Shown in pieces: positions 1-8,986 of a stretch of DNA of 64,000 bases (position 1 is its first letter; each line of letters begins with the position of its first letter). Both the position numbers and the translations under genes were made by a program. Origin of the DNA: a virus; IMG/VR virus record IMGVR_UViG_3300047564_002353, positions 1 to 64,000 of that record. The stretch is one strand, 5' to 3'. A model generated the notes under the pieces. It did no database searches, was not told the origin of the DNA, and worked only from the letters and a program-made list of their open reading frames with translations.

Positions 1-113
1 GTATTTTGAAACTGTATCTTAAGTTTAGTTGAAGGTTTTACTAATAAAAAAGATAAATTCGAATTGTATAATCTATCTGGAGGTGTAATTAAATTAATTT
101 TCGGCGCAGTCAT
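1..113 (-). CDS. hypothetical protein, 5' part only (runs off window start): MTAPKINLITPPDRLYNSNLSFLLVKP...
   Basis: ATG at 113-111, 4 nt after the stop of the 503-aa gene; frame open to position 1. Confidence 0.7.
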   Translation of the reverse strand, partial: MTAPKINLITPPDRLYNSNLSFLLVKPSTKLKIQFQN

Positions 114-117
114 ACTA

Positions 118-1629
118 TTACTTATTTTTTTTGTCTTGAATTTTTTGCCATAAAGAATCTGAACTTTGTTCTGAATTTTGTTTATAGTCTACTTCGTCAT
201 CGAACTGCTTAACTGTTTCCCAAGGTAACTTATCTATAAGACCTCTTTCATATAACGATCTTTGACGTTTCAATGTGTCATTTGGATTCATTGCCTTCCA
301 TGCACGTCGAGCATCTGCATCTCTGTCGAGGTCATCGATCTCTTCATCTAAATTATTTTCTAATAATTTATCGTCGCCTTCTACTGGACGCCACAAAGGA
401 AACGGATATGGTTCTTGATTCTCCTCAAACAAGCTATCATTTTTGATCATTTCGCCTTTAGGCAGATACTGTTCGGCCTGTTGACGTAACTGTTCAATTT
501 GTTCTTCTGTTAAAGGACCGTCATCGGCTTCGTATGTACCTTCATCTATCGCTTTTGCATTTTCTCTTAAACGATCAAAAAAATCATCAATTCCTGGATC
601 ACCAGTCTTGTTATATTCACATTCCGCATCAGGACAGTAAACATCGATTCCTGGCGCTACAATTAAATGTTTACCACAATTAGGACAAGGGCCAGGACTG
701 GTATAATCTACACGCTGTGATTCAATTATTGGTTCCGGAGATTGCTCGATTGGTTGTTCAACCACGGGTTCATCTCTAACCACAGGTCTATCCACATGTA
801 CACTATCAGGTGGGGTAATAATATTGGCATTAGCATCCTCTTCCTCCTTGACTCGTCTAAAGTATTGGAAACTATATTGGCTAGCCAATAACAAAACTAC
901 CGCTAAAGGATCAAAGATAATAACAATTAAAATTATTACCCAACGTACAGCACGTTCTAAAACATTTTGATCTGGGTTATCGCCATACAGTAAAGCCGCA
1001 ATATATTTAATCGGACCAACTTCGGCTTCTACTTTGCGTAGTTCACTGGCAACAGGAGCACGTTCTTGATTTAATGCTGCAATTGCTTTTTGGCTTTTAG
1101 CGATATCTGATTGTAGACTTGCTCTTTCTTTGGCTTGATTTCTTCGAATTTGAACTGCACGTTCTGCGCCACGCTCTGTATCACTACGCCCTAACAATTG
1201 ATCCACTTGTGAATCCATTTGTTGTAAGGCACGTCGAGAAGCATCAATATTATCTCTTTCTGTTTTAATTTTTTCGTCTAGTAGTGCAACTTTGGCCGCG
1301 ACATCACCTGTAGGAACTGCCTGGTCTAAATGTGCTTTGGACAAGTATCCAAAAATACCCATGCTTGTAATAAGCATTAAAATTGTCACTGCGATTAAAA
1401 GATAAGCTTTAATTAATCTAGGAGCAATAAACCAATTTTGTTTTAGCCAAACTGTAGCTACTAACTTACTAAGTTCAAGAACTATTCCCATAACAGCGAT
1501 AGGAATGGCGGCCGCGGCAAAAATGCTTATTAAACCTGCGACAGAATAATAAACTGCAACAGCAGAAATGGCAAGGCCACTCAAAAGAGTAAGCCATGCA
1601 ATAGATTTATCTGCAATAGTAATTTTCAT
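118..1629 (-). CDS. membrane-anchored coiled-coil protein with a CxxC...CxxxxC ribbon and acidic C-terminus
   Basis: 3 N-terminal hydrophobic helices, long heptad region, a fourth TM (WVIILIVIIFDPLAVVLLLA), CPNCG...CPDAEC. Confidence 0.8.
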   Translation of the reverse strand: MKITIADKSIAWLTLLSGLAISAVAVYYSVAGLISIFAAAAIPIAVMGIVLELSKLVATVWLKQNWFIAPRLIKAYLLIAVTILMLITSMGIFGYLSKAHLDQAVPTGDVAAKVALLDEKIKTERDNIDASRRALQQMDSQVDQLLGRSDTERGAERAVQIRRNQAKERASLQSDIAKSQKAIAALNQERAPVASELRKVEAEVGPIKYIAALLYGDNPDQNVLERAVRWVIILIVIIFDPLAVVLLLASQYSFQYFRRVKEEEDANANIITPPDSVHVDRPVVRDEPVVEQPIEQSPEPIIESQRVDYTSPGPCPNCGKHLIVAPGIDVYCPDAECEYNKTGDPGIDDFFDRLRENAKAIDEGTYEADDGPLTEEQIEQLRQQAEQYLPKGEMIKNDSLFEENQEPYPFPLWRPVEGDDKLLENNLDEEIDDLDRDADARRAWKAMNPNDTLKRQRSLYERGLIDKLPWETVKQFDDEVDYKQNSEQSSDSLWQKIQDKKNK

Positions 1630-1631
1630 AG

Positions 1632-2057
1632 TCAGTATTTATCGATGAATTTCCATGTTTTAGTACTGTTATAATAACATGCGGTATCTTCAAAATTTTT
1701 CTCTTCTGCACCCAGTCGAACCCAACTATAAACTCTTCTACAAATATTTCCATTTGCTGGATAAGTGTAGATTATTTTAGCTTTGCCTTGAGCATCAGTT
1801 CTATCATTGAACCACTCAACCATTTCTCCGTTTTCTAAATTATTCAGAGCATGATAAACCGATTGCGAATGTAAGGCTCGGTCTTCCTTTTTTAGCTGTG
1901 TGGTCAGAAATTTAGATACATTATATGTGAATCCAAGTAATGTATCTGCTCTCGACCAATTATTAAAAATTGGAGCTTCCCAACTTTGTGCGTAACTATT
2001 GGTACATGCTAGGATGAGGCACAACTTCCCAAGTGCCATCAAATTTCTTACAAGCAT
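1632..2057 (-). CDS. secreted protein with a 17-kDa surface antigen (RT0821/Lpp0805)-like domain
   Basis: signal-like N-terminus; ALNNLENGEMVEW.N...G...CR....TAC.....W pattern; true start may be an internal Met. Confidence 0.6.
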   Translation of the reverse strand: MLVRNLMALGKLCLILACTNSYAQSWEAPIFNNWSRADTLLGFTYNVSKFLTTQLKKEDRALHSQSVYHALNNLENGEMVEWFNDRTDAQGKAKIIYTYPANGNICRRVYSWVRLGAEEKNFEDTACYYNSTKTWKFIDKY

Positions 2058-2337
2058 ACCCTCTCCTTTCTACAGGACGGTTGTTAAGATTTATAAAATA
2101 TTTGTATTCACCACAATTTTCTGCTATACCGCTTTGAGCATGAAATAATCTATCAACTTTATTGTCATTACATTTCATAACTTCAACAGTATTACCATCA
2201 ACAACTCTACCTTTTTTATCTTTAACTACAACAGTTTCGGATTTAAGGTCGCAATATTGATCAGGAATACTAGCACGGGGAGAATAGGTAGTACAGCCAC
2301 TTAAGGCTATACTACCAATAAGTAGATATCGTATCAT
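1996..2337 (-). CDS. lipoprotein with a surface-antigen-like C-terminus
   Basis: lipobox ALSG-C; C-terminal GYACKKFDGTWEVV. Confidence 0.7.
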   Translation of the reverse strand: MIRYLLIGSIALSGCTTYSPRASIPDQYCDLKSETVVVKDKKGRVVDGNTVEVMKCNDNKVDRLFHAQSGIAENCGEYKYFINLNNRPVERRGYACKKFDGTWEVVPHPSMYQ

Positions 2338-2948
2338 TGTTTGTTACGATTTTTAGTTTGATCGAGAAGTTCACTGGCAACTTCATTTACATTTTTGCCA
2401 GCATGACGACGTTCACTGCGTTCTACTCTAGAGTCATACTCTTTAGCCATAGCTTCTACGTCTTTCTTTGTAATTTTCATTAGAACAAAGGCACGATAAT
2501 GTGCAGTATCTGGATTGTAAACAATCATCTTTTTATCAACAGCATAAGTTCGAAGAACACTTTCTGCGATAAGGTTAACGATCACATCTTGACCTTGTTG
2601 AAACCCTTCTAGTTTTTCAGGACCGCCTTCTTCGTCATAAACAACGGTTGTACGATTGTTCATTTCTCCAGTAATGCGATCAAGAACTTTGGCTTTAGCT
2701 TTTAGTGTAGCTTTCTTCAAAGCCATTTCCATGCTCGGACTAACATCCTCGGCTACTGCATAAAGATATCCTTCTTTATCCCAAAACTTCCAACCGCCTT
2801 TACTTTCAGACCCTACGTCCGAATGTTCAAGATACCAATTAGGTACTTCTCGTTTGTTGATATTCTCAGTACGCAATGGTTCCATACTAGTAGTAGTACA
2901 AGCAGCGAGAACAGTTGTTAAAGATACAGCGATAAGAGCCTTTTTCAT
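2334..2948 (-). CDS. lipoprotein, LPP20-like
   Basis: lipobox LAA-C; VPNWY and A..KA...AKA motifs. Confidence 0.65.
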   Translation of the reverse strand: MKKALIAVSLTTVLAACTTTSMEPLRTENINKREVPNWYLEHSDVGSESKGGWKFWDKEGYLYAVAEDVSPSMEMALKKATLKAKAKVLDRITGEMNNRTTVVYDEEGGPEKLEGFQQGQDVIVNLIAESVLRTYAVDKKMIVYNPDTAHYRAFVLMKITKKDVEAMAKEYDSRVERSERRHAGKNVNEVASELLDQTKNRNKQ

Positions 2949-2995
2949 ATTTGCCTTTCAAAGTGTGTGTATAAAAGAAAACCTCTACAATACTA

Positions 2996-3024
2996 ATTGT
3001 ACTGTAGAGGCTGATAAATGTCAA
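2996..3024 (-). promoter_or_regulatory. sigma70-type promoter TTGACA-N17-TACAAT with an inverted repeat (2982-3010) over the -10 box
   Basis: direct match with a 17-nt spacer. Confidence 0.8.
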
Positions 3025-3033
3025 TAGTTTTGG

Positions 3034-3345
3034 TTATTTAAAGAATATCAACATCATTAATACACTTTGAACAATGAATCCAAAACCAATAGTTGCTACG
3101 TTCAACATATCTTTAACTATTACAGCCTTGGCAAATAATAAAGTTAAAGCTCCCCACGTAAGTAGAACCAAATCTACACTAGGTAATCTATCTGTTAAAC
3201 TCATACTAACTGCCAATAAACTTGGAATAGTTGCAGCATGTAACATTATATTAGCTAACCATGCCATTGTCTCAGAACTAATAACACCAATTCTACTTTT
3301 AATAACAAATTTGGTGTGTTCTATCCATCGATTAAATTTTGACAT
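3034..3345 (-). CDS. small membrane protein (about 3 TM helices)
   Basis: hydrophobic; start moved to MSKFNRW (3345), overlapping the upstream gene end. Confidence 0.7.
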   Translation of the reverse strand: MSKFNRWIEHTKFVIKSRIGVISSETMAWLANIMLHAATIPSLLAVSMSLTDRLPSVDLVLLTWGALTLLFAKAVIVKDMLNVATIGFGFIVQSVLMMLIFFK

Positions 3346-3907
3346 TTCGATCCCTATAAAAAACATGATTTCCAATAACGCCTATCCGTTCCTTACCCCA
3401 GTTCGGGTTAACGTAGACAGCATGAAAATACATAGCATCCTTCATTGAACTCAATCGGAAGTTTTCCAAAAGAACTTTCTTTGCAACTTCATAACTTTCT
3501 TTATACAACTCAGGATGTTTAATTCTTGGTTTACCACCGTTCTCGCAATACCAACTAAATTGGCAAACTACTTTTTCCATAAAAATAGTTTTTTGGTAAA
3601 CAACTTTGCAAATGTCGCTTGGGAAAGAAGGATGCTTTGATCTATTCAAAGTAACCTGGGCCACTGCCACTTTTCCTTCGAAACTTTCCGAACCTGATTC
3701 GAAATATACGTTTCTTGCCAAACATTCTAATTGACGCTCTCTGTCTTTAAGAGCAACAAGTTCTCGGTTTTTGGCTTCAATTTTTGCTTGAGTAGCCACT
3801 TCAACTTGTTTATAGTAGGCTATACGATTTTTGGTAATAGCCTGTATTGCTGATCCTACTAAGAATATGCCCAGCACGAGCATACCAATTCTTAGATATT
3901 TTTCCAT
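3332..3907 (-). CDS. cell wall hydrolase, SleB/Hydrolase_2 family, N-terminal membrane anchor
   Basis: CLARNVYFES, VAQVTLNR, ICKVVYQ, CQFSW, YFHA.YVNPNW, IGNHVFY; SD AGGAGG. Confidence 0.92.
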   Translation of the reverse strand: MEKYLRIGMLVLGIFLVGSAIQAITKNRIAYYKQVEVATQAKIEAKNRELVALKDRERQLECLARNVYFESGSESFEGKVAVAQVTLNRSKHPSFPSDICKVVYQKTIFMEKVVCQFSWYCENGGKPRIKHPELYKESYEVAKKVLLENFRLSSMKDAMYFHAVYVNPNWGKERIGVIGNHVFYRDRNVKI

Positions 3908-4029
3908 AGTTAAATCCTCCTATTATATTAATGTGTATTGCTACACACCAGCAATCCAAAAAATATTAAAAACTGCTGTGGTTTATAAAAATTCAAAACG
4001 TTAAGTAGTTATCTAGATACAAAAAATAA

Positions 4030-4419
4030 TTATCTACGCATTTTGCTAATGTCTATGGCTTCTTCATCACTGAAGATCGGAACAGCATTAGACTTGTGCA
4101 TAGTACCAATTCCTTTAACTTTTGTGCCTGTATAAACCTTTTGTTCAGGTTTAGTACAAGGACCTCCAGTAAACGGTAAACTGGGTATTTTGGGTTGATC
4201 CGAACCTCTGTGTAACAATTTTGGTGCAACATATGTCGCTGCCGACATTGCACGTTTTTTCTTTTTGGTTTCGGCTTCGATACCCCATTTTTTCTGTAGT
4301 TCTTTCCAATTTTCTTCCAATTCTCTTGCCTTTTGTGCCTCTTCGGAATTTCTAAACTTCTTTTTGCCTTTACGTTTACCTGTAGTTGATAACCACGGGC
4401 CTTCTAAATGCATAGTCAA
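4030..4419 (-). CDS. basic hypothetical phage protein
   Basis: C-terminal YTGTKVKGIGTMHKSNAVPIF motif of T4-like phage proteins; own promoter and SD AGGAG. Confidence 0.75.
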   Translation of the reverse strand: MTMHLEGPWLSTTGKRKGKKKFRNSEEAQKARELEENWKELQKKWGIEAETKKKKRAMSAATYVAPKLLHRGSDQPKIPSLPFTGGPCTKPEQKVYTGTKVKGIGTMHKSNAVPIFSDEEAIDISKMRR

Positions 4420-4448
4420 AATAAATCTCCTGAAGTATTAAAAGTTGT

Positions 4449-4477
4449 ATTATACTACAAATTTTGGTATATGTCAA
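4449..4477 (-). promoter_or_regulatory. consensus sigma70 promoter TTGACA-N17-TATAAT
   Basis: perfect consensus. Confidence 0.9.
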
Positions 4478-4800
4478 TCTTCAGCGAAATTTCGACATAC
4501 TTTATATAGCAATGTTTCGTGATCGAGGTTTTGAAATTCTAACCCTAATTCGTAAATATCGTTTGAATATTCGTGATCTTCAAATCCTAATATTTCGAAT
4601 ACTTCTGTTTTGGTTAGTGTTTCACTTCTCATATAGCTGACCCATATTAGGGTCATTGTGTAGCACATAAACAACTGTGCATCATTGAAGATTCCGTGGT
4701 ATTCACACCAGGATTCAGTTTGTTTCATATAATATTCAAAATCTTCTAATCTGTGTTCTATTTGAAATAACCAATTTTTGGTATCTTCTCTAGTCCACAT
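4474..4800 (-). CDS. hypothetical protein
   Basis: ORF packed into the operon. Confidence 0.7.
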   Translation of the reverse strand: MWTREDTKNWLFQIEHRLEDFEYYMKQTESWCEYHGIFNDAQLFMCYTMTLIWVSYMRSETLTKTEVFEILGFEDHEYSNDIYELGLEFQNLDHETLLYKVCRNFAED

Positions 4801-4803
4801 TTT

Positions 4804-5124
4804 TCAGACTCTAAATGATTCGCCACATCCACATCGGTCTTTTTCTTTGCTGTTAATAAAATCAAAACCTTCATTAAGACCTTGACGTCGCCAATCCATA
4901 GTCATACCATCAATGTATGGCAAATCTTTTGGATTTACAAAGATATTAATACCGTTGCTTTCGTATTTGATTTGCTCTGTGTTAGGTGTGTCTACATACT
5001 CTAATTTATAGGCAAGGCCTGAACAACCGGTGGTTCTAACACCAATCATTATACCCAGGCCTTGACCTCTTTTAGATAGCTGCTGCTGTACTTTCTTGGC
5101 TGCTATTTCTGTTAGCTGTATCAT
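4804..5124 (-). CDS. iscA: iron-sulfur cluster assembly accessory protein IscA
   Basis: TTGCSG..Y and C-terminal CGCGESF. Confidence 0.95.
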   Translation of the reverse strand: MIQLTEIAAKKVQQQLSKRGQGLGIMIGVRTTGCSGLAYKLEYVDTPNTEQIKYESNGINIFVNPKDLPYIDGMTMDWRRQGLNEGFDFINSKEKDRCGCGESFRV

Positions 5125-5494
5125 TTTTTGCTTTATAATCCGCTAGCGCCGCTTTAATTGCGTCCTCCGCCAATATGGAACAGTGTATTTTGACAGGAGG
5201 TAGCGCGAGTTCTTCCGCAATGTGGGTATTCTTAATTTCAGCCGCCTCATTAAGATTCTTTCCCTTAAGCCACGTAGTGACAAGCGACGAACTTGCGATC
5301 GCCGAACCGCAACCATATGTCTTAAATTTGGCATCTGTAATGACATCGTCTTCTACCTTTATCTGTAGCTGTAATACATCTCCGCAAGCAGGAGCACCAA
5401 CCAATCCTGTTCCTACTTGAGGATCATTTTTATCGAGTTTTCCAACATTACGTGGATTTTCATAATGATCTAAAACTTGACCAGAGTATGCCAT
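5072..5494 (-). CDS. iscU: Fe-S cluster scaffold IscU
   Basis: YS..VLDHYENPRNVG, GAPACGD, GCGSAIASSS, LPPVKIHC. Confidence 0.97.
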   Translation of the reverse strand: MAYSGQVLDHYENPRNVGKLDKNDPQVGTGLVGAPACGDVLQLQIKVEDDVITDAKFKTYGCGSAIASSSLVTTWLKGKNLNEAAEIKNTHIAEELALPPVKIHCSILAEDAIKAALADYKAKNDTANRNSSQESTAAAI

Positions 5495-5574
5495 TATTTG
5501 TTTTTCCGTCTAGTAGATTTTGCTCTAGATGCTGCTTTAGTTTTTGCTGCTCGTTGTCTGACTAATCTTCCCAT
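5494..5574 (-). CDS. 26-aa basic peptide MGRLVRQRAAKTKAASRAKSTRRKNK (not in ORF track)
   Basis: SD AAGGAG 8 nt upstream of ATG; TAATG overlap with the iscU start. Confidence 0.75.
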   Translation of the reverse strand: MGRLVRQRAAKTKAASRAKSTRRKNK

Positions 5575-5592
5575 GTTAAAGTCTCCTTTAAA

Positions 5593-5787
5593 TTATTTAG
5601 TTTTAGATTCTTTACGTTCGTTCTTCACAGCAGTTACATCATTGCGAACTTCTTTACAAAATTTAGATAGTTCTTGTAATCCCTTACGAACACGAGTTCC
5701 CGCACTGCCTACACCCTTGTCATAAAACTTTTCAAAATCACCTTCCATTGATTCTACTAATGCTACTAATTCTTGATACTTGCTCAT
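5593..5787 (-). CDS. histone H1-like (Hc1-type) nucleoid protein, core domain
   Basis: D.EKFYDKG..SAGTRVRKGLQEL....KEVR..V pattern. Confidence 0.75.
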   Translation of the reverse strand: MSKYQELVALVESMEGDFEKFYDKGVGSAGTRVRKGLQELSKFCKEVRNDVTAVKNERKESKTK

Positions 5788-6377
5788 TATTTTTCTCCTT
5801 CGGTTATAATGTTATATATATCTTTCCAATTTTTTACAATTGGGTATGAACATACATGATTCATGTTATGTCCATGTTCCAACAAAATGGATTTTAAACC
5901 TAATTTATGACCAACATCAGCATTCTCTGGTTTATCTTCGATCCAAAATAAGTTGCTGTCTTTATAATTAGATAAAACCTCGTCTTTATCACCACCTGTA
6001 TCTAAAAAAATAAATTTTTCAAATGTGTCAGGTCCAAAGATTTTTTTTACATTCATTTCTCGTAGACGTTGTGCATTTTCGTCTTTACTCAAACTAGTTA
6101 TCAAATGAAAACGATAACCATGTTCTTCGTACAATCTTTTAACATAATGTGCAGCATCTCTAAGAGCAGGAAGAAATCCTATAGCAGCACTTTCGTTAAA
6201 AGATCTTACCATTTTTTTTGCTTCTTCTCGAGTTAATTTTTCAAAATGATCATGAAAATAATAACTGTAATGTCCGTTAGGAATAAGTTTGTATCCTCGT
6301 TCTTGCATCCAAATTCTGAATGCCCATTCCCAGTCAAGAATAACTCCGTCACAATCGGTTAATATAATTTTATCCAT
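5787..6377 (-). CDS. HAD-superfamily phosphatase (5'(3')-deoxyribonucleotidase-like)
   Basis: ILTDCDGV motif I, ITS motif II, WIEDKPEN motif IV. Confidence 0.85.
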   Translation of the reverse strand: MDKIILTDCDGVILDWEWAFRIWMQERGYKLIPNGHYSYYFHDHFEKLTREEAKKMVRSFNESAAIGFLPALRDAAHYVKRLYEEHGYRFHLITSLSKDENAQRLREMNVKKIFGPDTFEKFIFLDTGGDKDEVLSNYKDSNLFWIEDKPENADVGHKLGLKSILLEHGHNMNHVCSYPIVKNWKDIYNIITEGEK

Positions 6378-6383
6378 GTTTAC

Positions 6384-6412
6384 ATTATAAAGTTAATGTA
6401 TTTGATTGTCAA
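6384..6412 (-). promoter_or_regulatory. consensus sigma70 promoter, -10 box 6 nt from the ATG (leaderless transcript)
   Basis: TTGACA-N17-TATAAT-GTAAAC-ATG. Confidence 0.88.
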
Positions 6413-6699
6413 CCGCCTGCAAACACATTTGGTGATCCGGCTGCTACTGCTGTACAACCAGATAATCCATCTCCAACTCTGCCGCACCCTTTATTATTCA
6501 CTTTGACTGTGCTGCTTCCTGCTGCGATAGGAGCAGAATGTGCTGGACAAGGACTTCCTGGAAGTAAATGAACTGTGTTTACATCGCCCTGTCTACTAAC
6601 TGGTTTATTATTTACGAATACATTACCAGAACCTACTGCTCTAACCATTCCAGAGCAATGTGCTATGTCTGCATCGCCTATTCTTGTAACTGCTGGCAT
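6409..6699 (-). CDS. PAAR-repeat spike tip protein (T4 gp5.4-like)
   Basis: PAVTRIGD, GS.NVFVN..PV.R.GD, GC.AVAAGSPNVFAG. Confidence 0.93.
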   Translation of the reverse strand: MPAVTRIGDADIAHCSGMVRAVGSGNVFVNNKPVSRQGDVNTVHLLPGSPCPAHSAPIAAGSSTVKVNNKGCGRVGDGLSGCTAVAAGSPNVFAGG

Positions 6700-6700
6700 G

Positions 6701-7153
6701 TCAGCTTCCTTTATAGTTGTAATTAGCCATAAATGATCTCATGGCTTCTAAAGGGTTAAGAACTTCTTGAGTAACAGTCAATGTAGAACTACCATTTACT
6801 ATTATATTATAAGTTCTTGTTTCAGATTTTCTCTGATCCTGTGATAACTCAAATAAATTTTTACTAGGTGGAACATTACCTCTACTAACAACAGTAGTCG
6901 GAGTAGTGCTTAAATCACTCTCTCCAGGTTCTGTATATTTAAAAATATCTGTAAAAGTAAATTCGTGTTTGCCGCTAATAGTTACTGTAGATGTTCCACC
7001 TGTTACAGTTATCCCAGGTTCTAATGGACTACCCAACAAGGATCCTGATACAGAAGAGATAATTTCAAACATATCAGGTTCTATGGTCACTGTAGCAGTA
7101 AATGATTCTCCTACTACAACAGGATTAAGAATAGAAGGATTAGCCGATGCCAT
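6701..7153 (-). CDS. beta-rich putative virion protein
   Basis: T/S/V-rich; adjacent to PAAR. Confidence 0.65.
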   Translation of the reverse strand: MASANPSILNPVVVGESFTATVTIEPDMFEIISSVSGSLLGSPLEPGITVTGGTSTVTISGKHEFTFTDIFKYTEPGESDLSTTPTTVVSRGNVPPSKNLFELSQDQRKSETRTYNIIVNGSSTLTVTQEVLNPLEAMRSFMANYNYKGS

Positions 7154-7349
7154 GTTTTTTATTTTCTTTCTCTATTAACGTTTGCAATCTTTTATGCCAT
7201 TGTTCTATTTCTTCGTGTTGTTCGTGTGTATGGGGGCCATCTGGTATTTTTGGAATAAATTCAATTATATGATCAAAATCTTCAGGTATATCTTCATATT
7301 GTGTGTACGTATGAAGATTACCATCAATCATCACAGTAAATTTATGCAT
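7140..7349 (-). CDS. hypothetical protein (PAAR-associated)
   Basis: YEDIP..FDHII.F.P..P..PHT..QH motif; TAATG-coupled to the upstream gene. Confidence 0.7.
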   Translation of the reverse strand: MHKFTVMIDGNLHTYTQYEDIPEDFDHIIEFIPKIPDGPHTHEQHEEIEQWHKRLQTLIEKENKKHGIG

Positions 7350-7663
7350 TAGGTTATAATACTACCATTTGTAACCGGCTGAATACCTGTAGTTTGATAA
7401 ACATATTGTTTAGCTATTTCCTCATCAGAATGAGCTAAAATTATAATAGCTTGTTTATTAAAGTTTAATTTATTTTCTGGGTTAACAGTCATTAGTACAG
7501 GTGCCATTCCTATACCTTTTTGACTCATAGCTAACATTAATGGCCTATCTAAGGTAACAGTATTATCATTTTCATTGATAAATTTACCGATAACTTCCTC
7601 TCCAGAAATTAATTTAATTGTTATTACATCGTTCTCGTCAAATCTTGATTTTTCTAATAGCAT
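7349..7663 (-). CDS. Sm-like fold phage protein
   Basis: VITIKLISGEEVIGK...V.L..P pattern. Confidence 0.6.
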   Translation of the reverse strand: MLLEKSRFDENDVITIKLISGEEVIGKFINENDNTVTLDRPLMLAMSQKGIGMAPVLMTVNPENKLNFNKQAIIILAHSDEEIAKQYVYQTTGIQPVTNGSIIT

Positions 7664-7664
7664 T

Positions 7665-7889
7665 TTAGCCTTTCAAATATTGTTTAAGTTCTGTAAATCC
7701 GCCGATAAGTTTGTCATCTAAAAATATCTGTGGAACTGTACGTGCGTTTGGTACTGCTTCTAATAAATCTTCTTTGGTAAATTCATCTCCGATTTTCTTT
7801 TCTTCAAATTCAATGCCTTTCATTGTGAGCAAAGCTTTGGCTTGATCACAAAATGGACAATGATACTTTGACCATACTACTGCTTTCAT
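7665..7889 (-). CDS. grx: glutaredoxin
   Basis: CPFC active site, TVPQIF, IGGF. Confidence 0.95.
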   Translation of the reverse strand: MKAVVWSKYHCPFCDQAKALLTMKGIEFEEKKIGDEFTKEDLLEAVPNARTVPQIFLDDKLIGGFTELKQYLKG

Positions 7890-8986
7890 AAACTTGGCAA
7901 CTCCTCATAATCTATGGCGTCACTCATAACGCCTATAACGTAGTTAGTTGATTCGTTTTCCTGTAAGGCAGTTTGTTTCTTACTTGTATCGCTATGCTTG
8001 TTAAACCAAGGAATAGGTGTAGTCTTTGGCGCAGAACCTTGATACTTAATGCCAATGTCTTTCAACGCACCTACTGCTGTATAATCCACAAACTCTTTTA
8101 GAATATTAGCATTAAGTCCAATCACTGGACCTTTTTTGAACAAGTAATCTGCCCAGGCCTTTTCTTCGCGTATTACATCCTCATACATGGCATATACTTC
8201 TGCTTCACATTCTATCTTAGCACGAACAAAACGTTCATCTTCTTTAACTACTGTATTAATTAGCATAGCAGTCCACTCTTTGTGCAATATTTCATCTTGT
8301 AAAATTAAGCTGATAATATTACCATTGCCGATAAAGATTTTGTTCTCTACCATGGCCAAACTGGTAGCAAAGCTTACCATAAATCTAAATGCTTCTAATG
8401 CATAGCTGGCATTCAATGCTAGCCAAATAGCCTTAACGTGTTCAATTTCTGTAACATTCTCAGTTAGCTCTTTGCGACAATTTAATCTATGTAATAAATC
8501 ATAGTATTTGCCTACACTACTGGCCATATCAACAATTTCTTGTGTGTCGTGAATAGTGTTAAACACTTCCTTGGGCACGTTATAGATATTACGAATGATA
8601 TGACTGTAACTGCGACTGTGAATATTAGTTTCAAAGAAACTCCAGTTATACATTAATGCTTCTAATTCTGGTAAACTAACACAAGGAGTAAAAACTTGTG
8701 CTGGACCTCGACCTTGTAAACTGTCAAGAGCAGTTTGACGTAGTAGATTGCTAGTGAAGATATGTTTAACTGCATCGCTGGCATCTTTAAAATCGCCGGC
8801 GTCTTTGGTTAAACTAATTTCTTCTGGTACCCAAAAGAATCCTCTTGCTGTTTGTTCTATTTTCTGTATCTTAGGATATTTTACTTCTTCAAATCGTTGA
8901 ATAGTTACTGGACCTTCTGGATCCAAAAACATTTTACGTTGTAAGTAGTCTGTCTTTGTGTTTAAGTTATATTGTGCTCTGCTCAT
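7886..8986 (-). CDS. nrdB: ribonucleotide reductase class Ia beta subunit
   Basis: FFW.PEE, LDSLQGR, ETNIHSRSY, LEAFRF..SF, DEILH, C-terminal QENE...Y. Confidence 0.97.
   Translation of the reverse strand: MSRAQYNLNTKTDYLQRKMFLDPEGPVTIQRFEEVKYPKIQKIEQTARGFFWVPEEISLTKDAGDFKDASDAVKHIFTSNLLRQTALDSLQGRGPAQVFTPCVSLPELEALMYNWSFFETNIHSRSYSHIIRNIYNVPKEVFNTIHDTQEIVDMASSVGKYYDLLHRLNCRKELTENVTEIEHVKAIWLALNASYALEAFRFMVSFATSLAMVENKIFIGNGNIISLILQDEILHKEWTAMLINTVVKEDERFVRAKIECEAEVYAMYEDVIREEKAWADYLFKKGPVIGLNANILKEFVDYTAVGALKDIGIKYQGSAPKTTPIPWFNKHSDTSKKQTALQENESTNYVIGVMSDAIDYEELPSL

Noticed and set aside
118-135. A8 run at the end of the 503-aa gene as a frameshift site
   Set aside because: The -1 frame hits TAA immediately and no stimulatory hairpin follows
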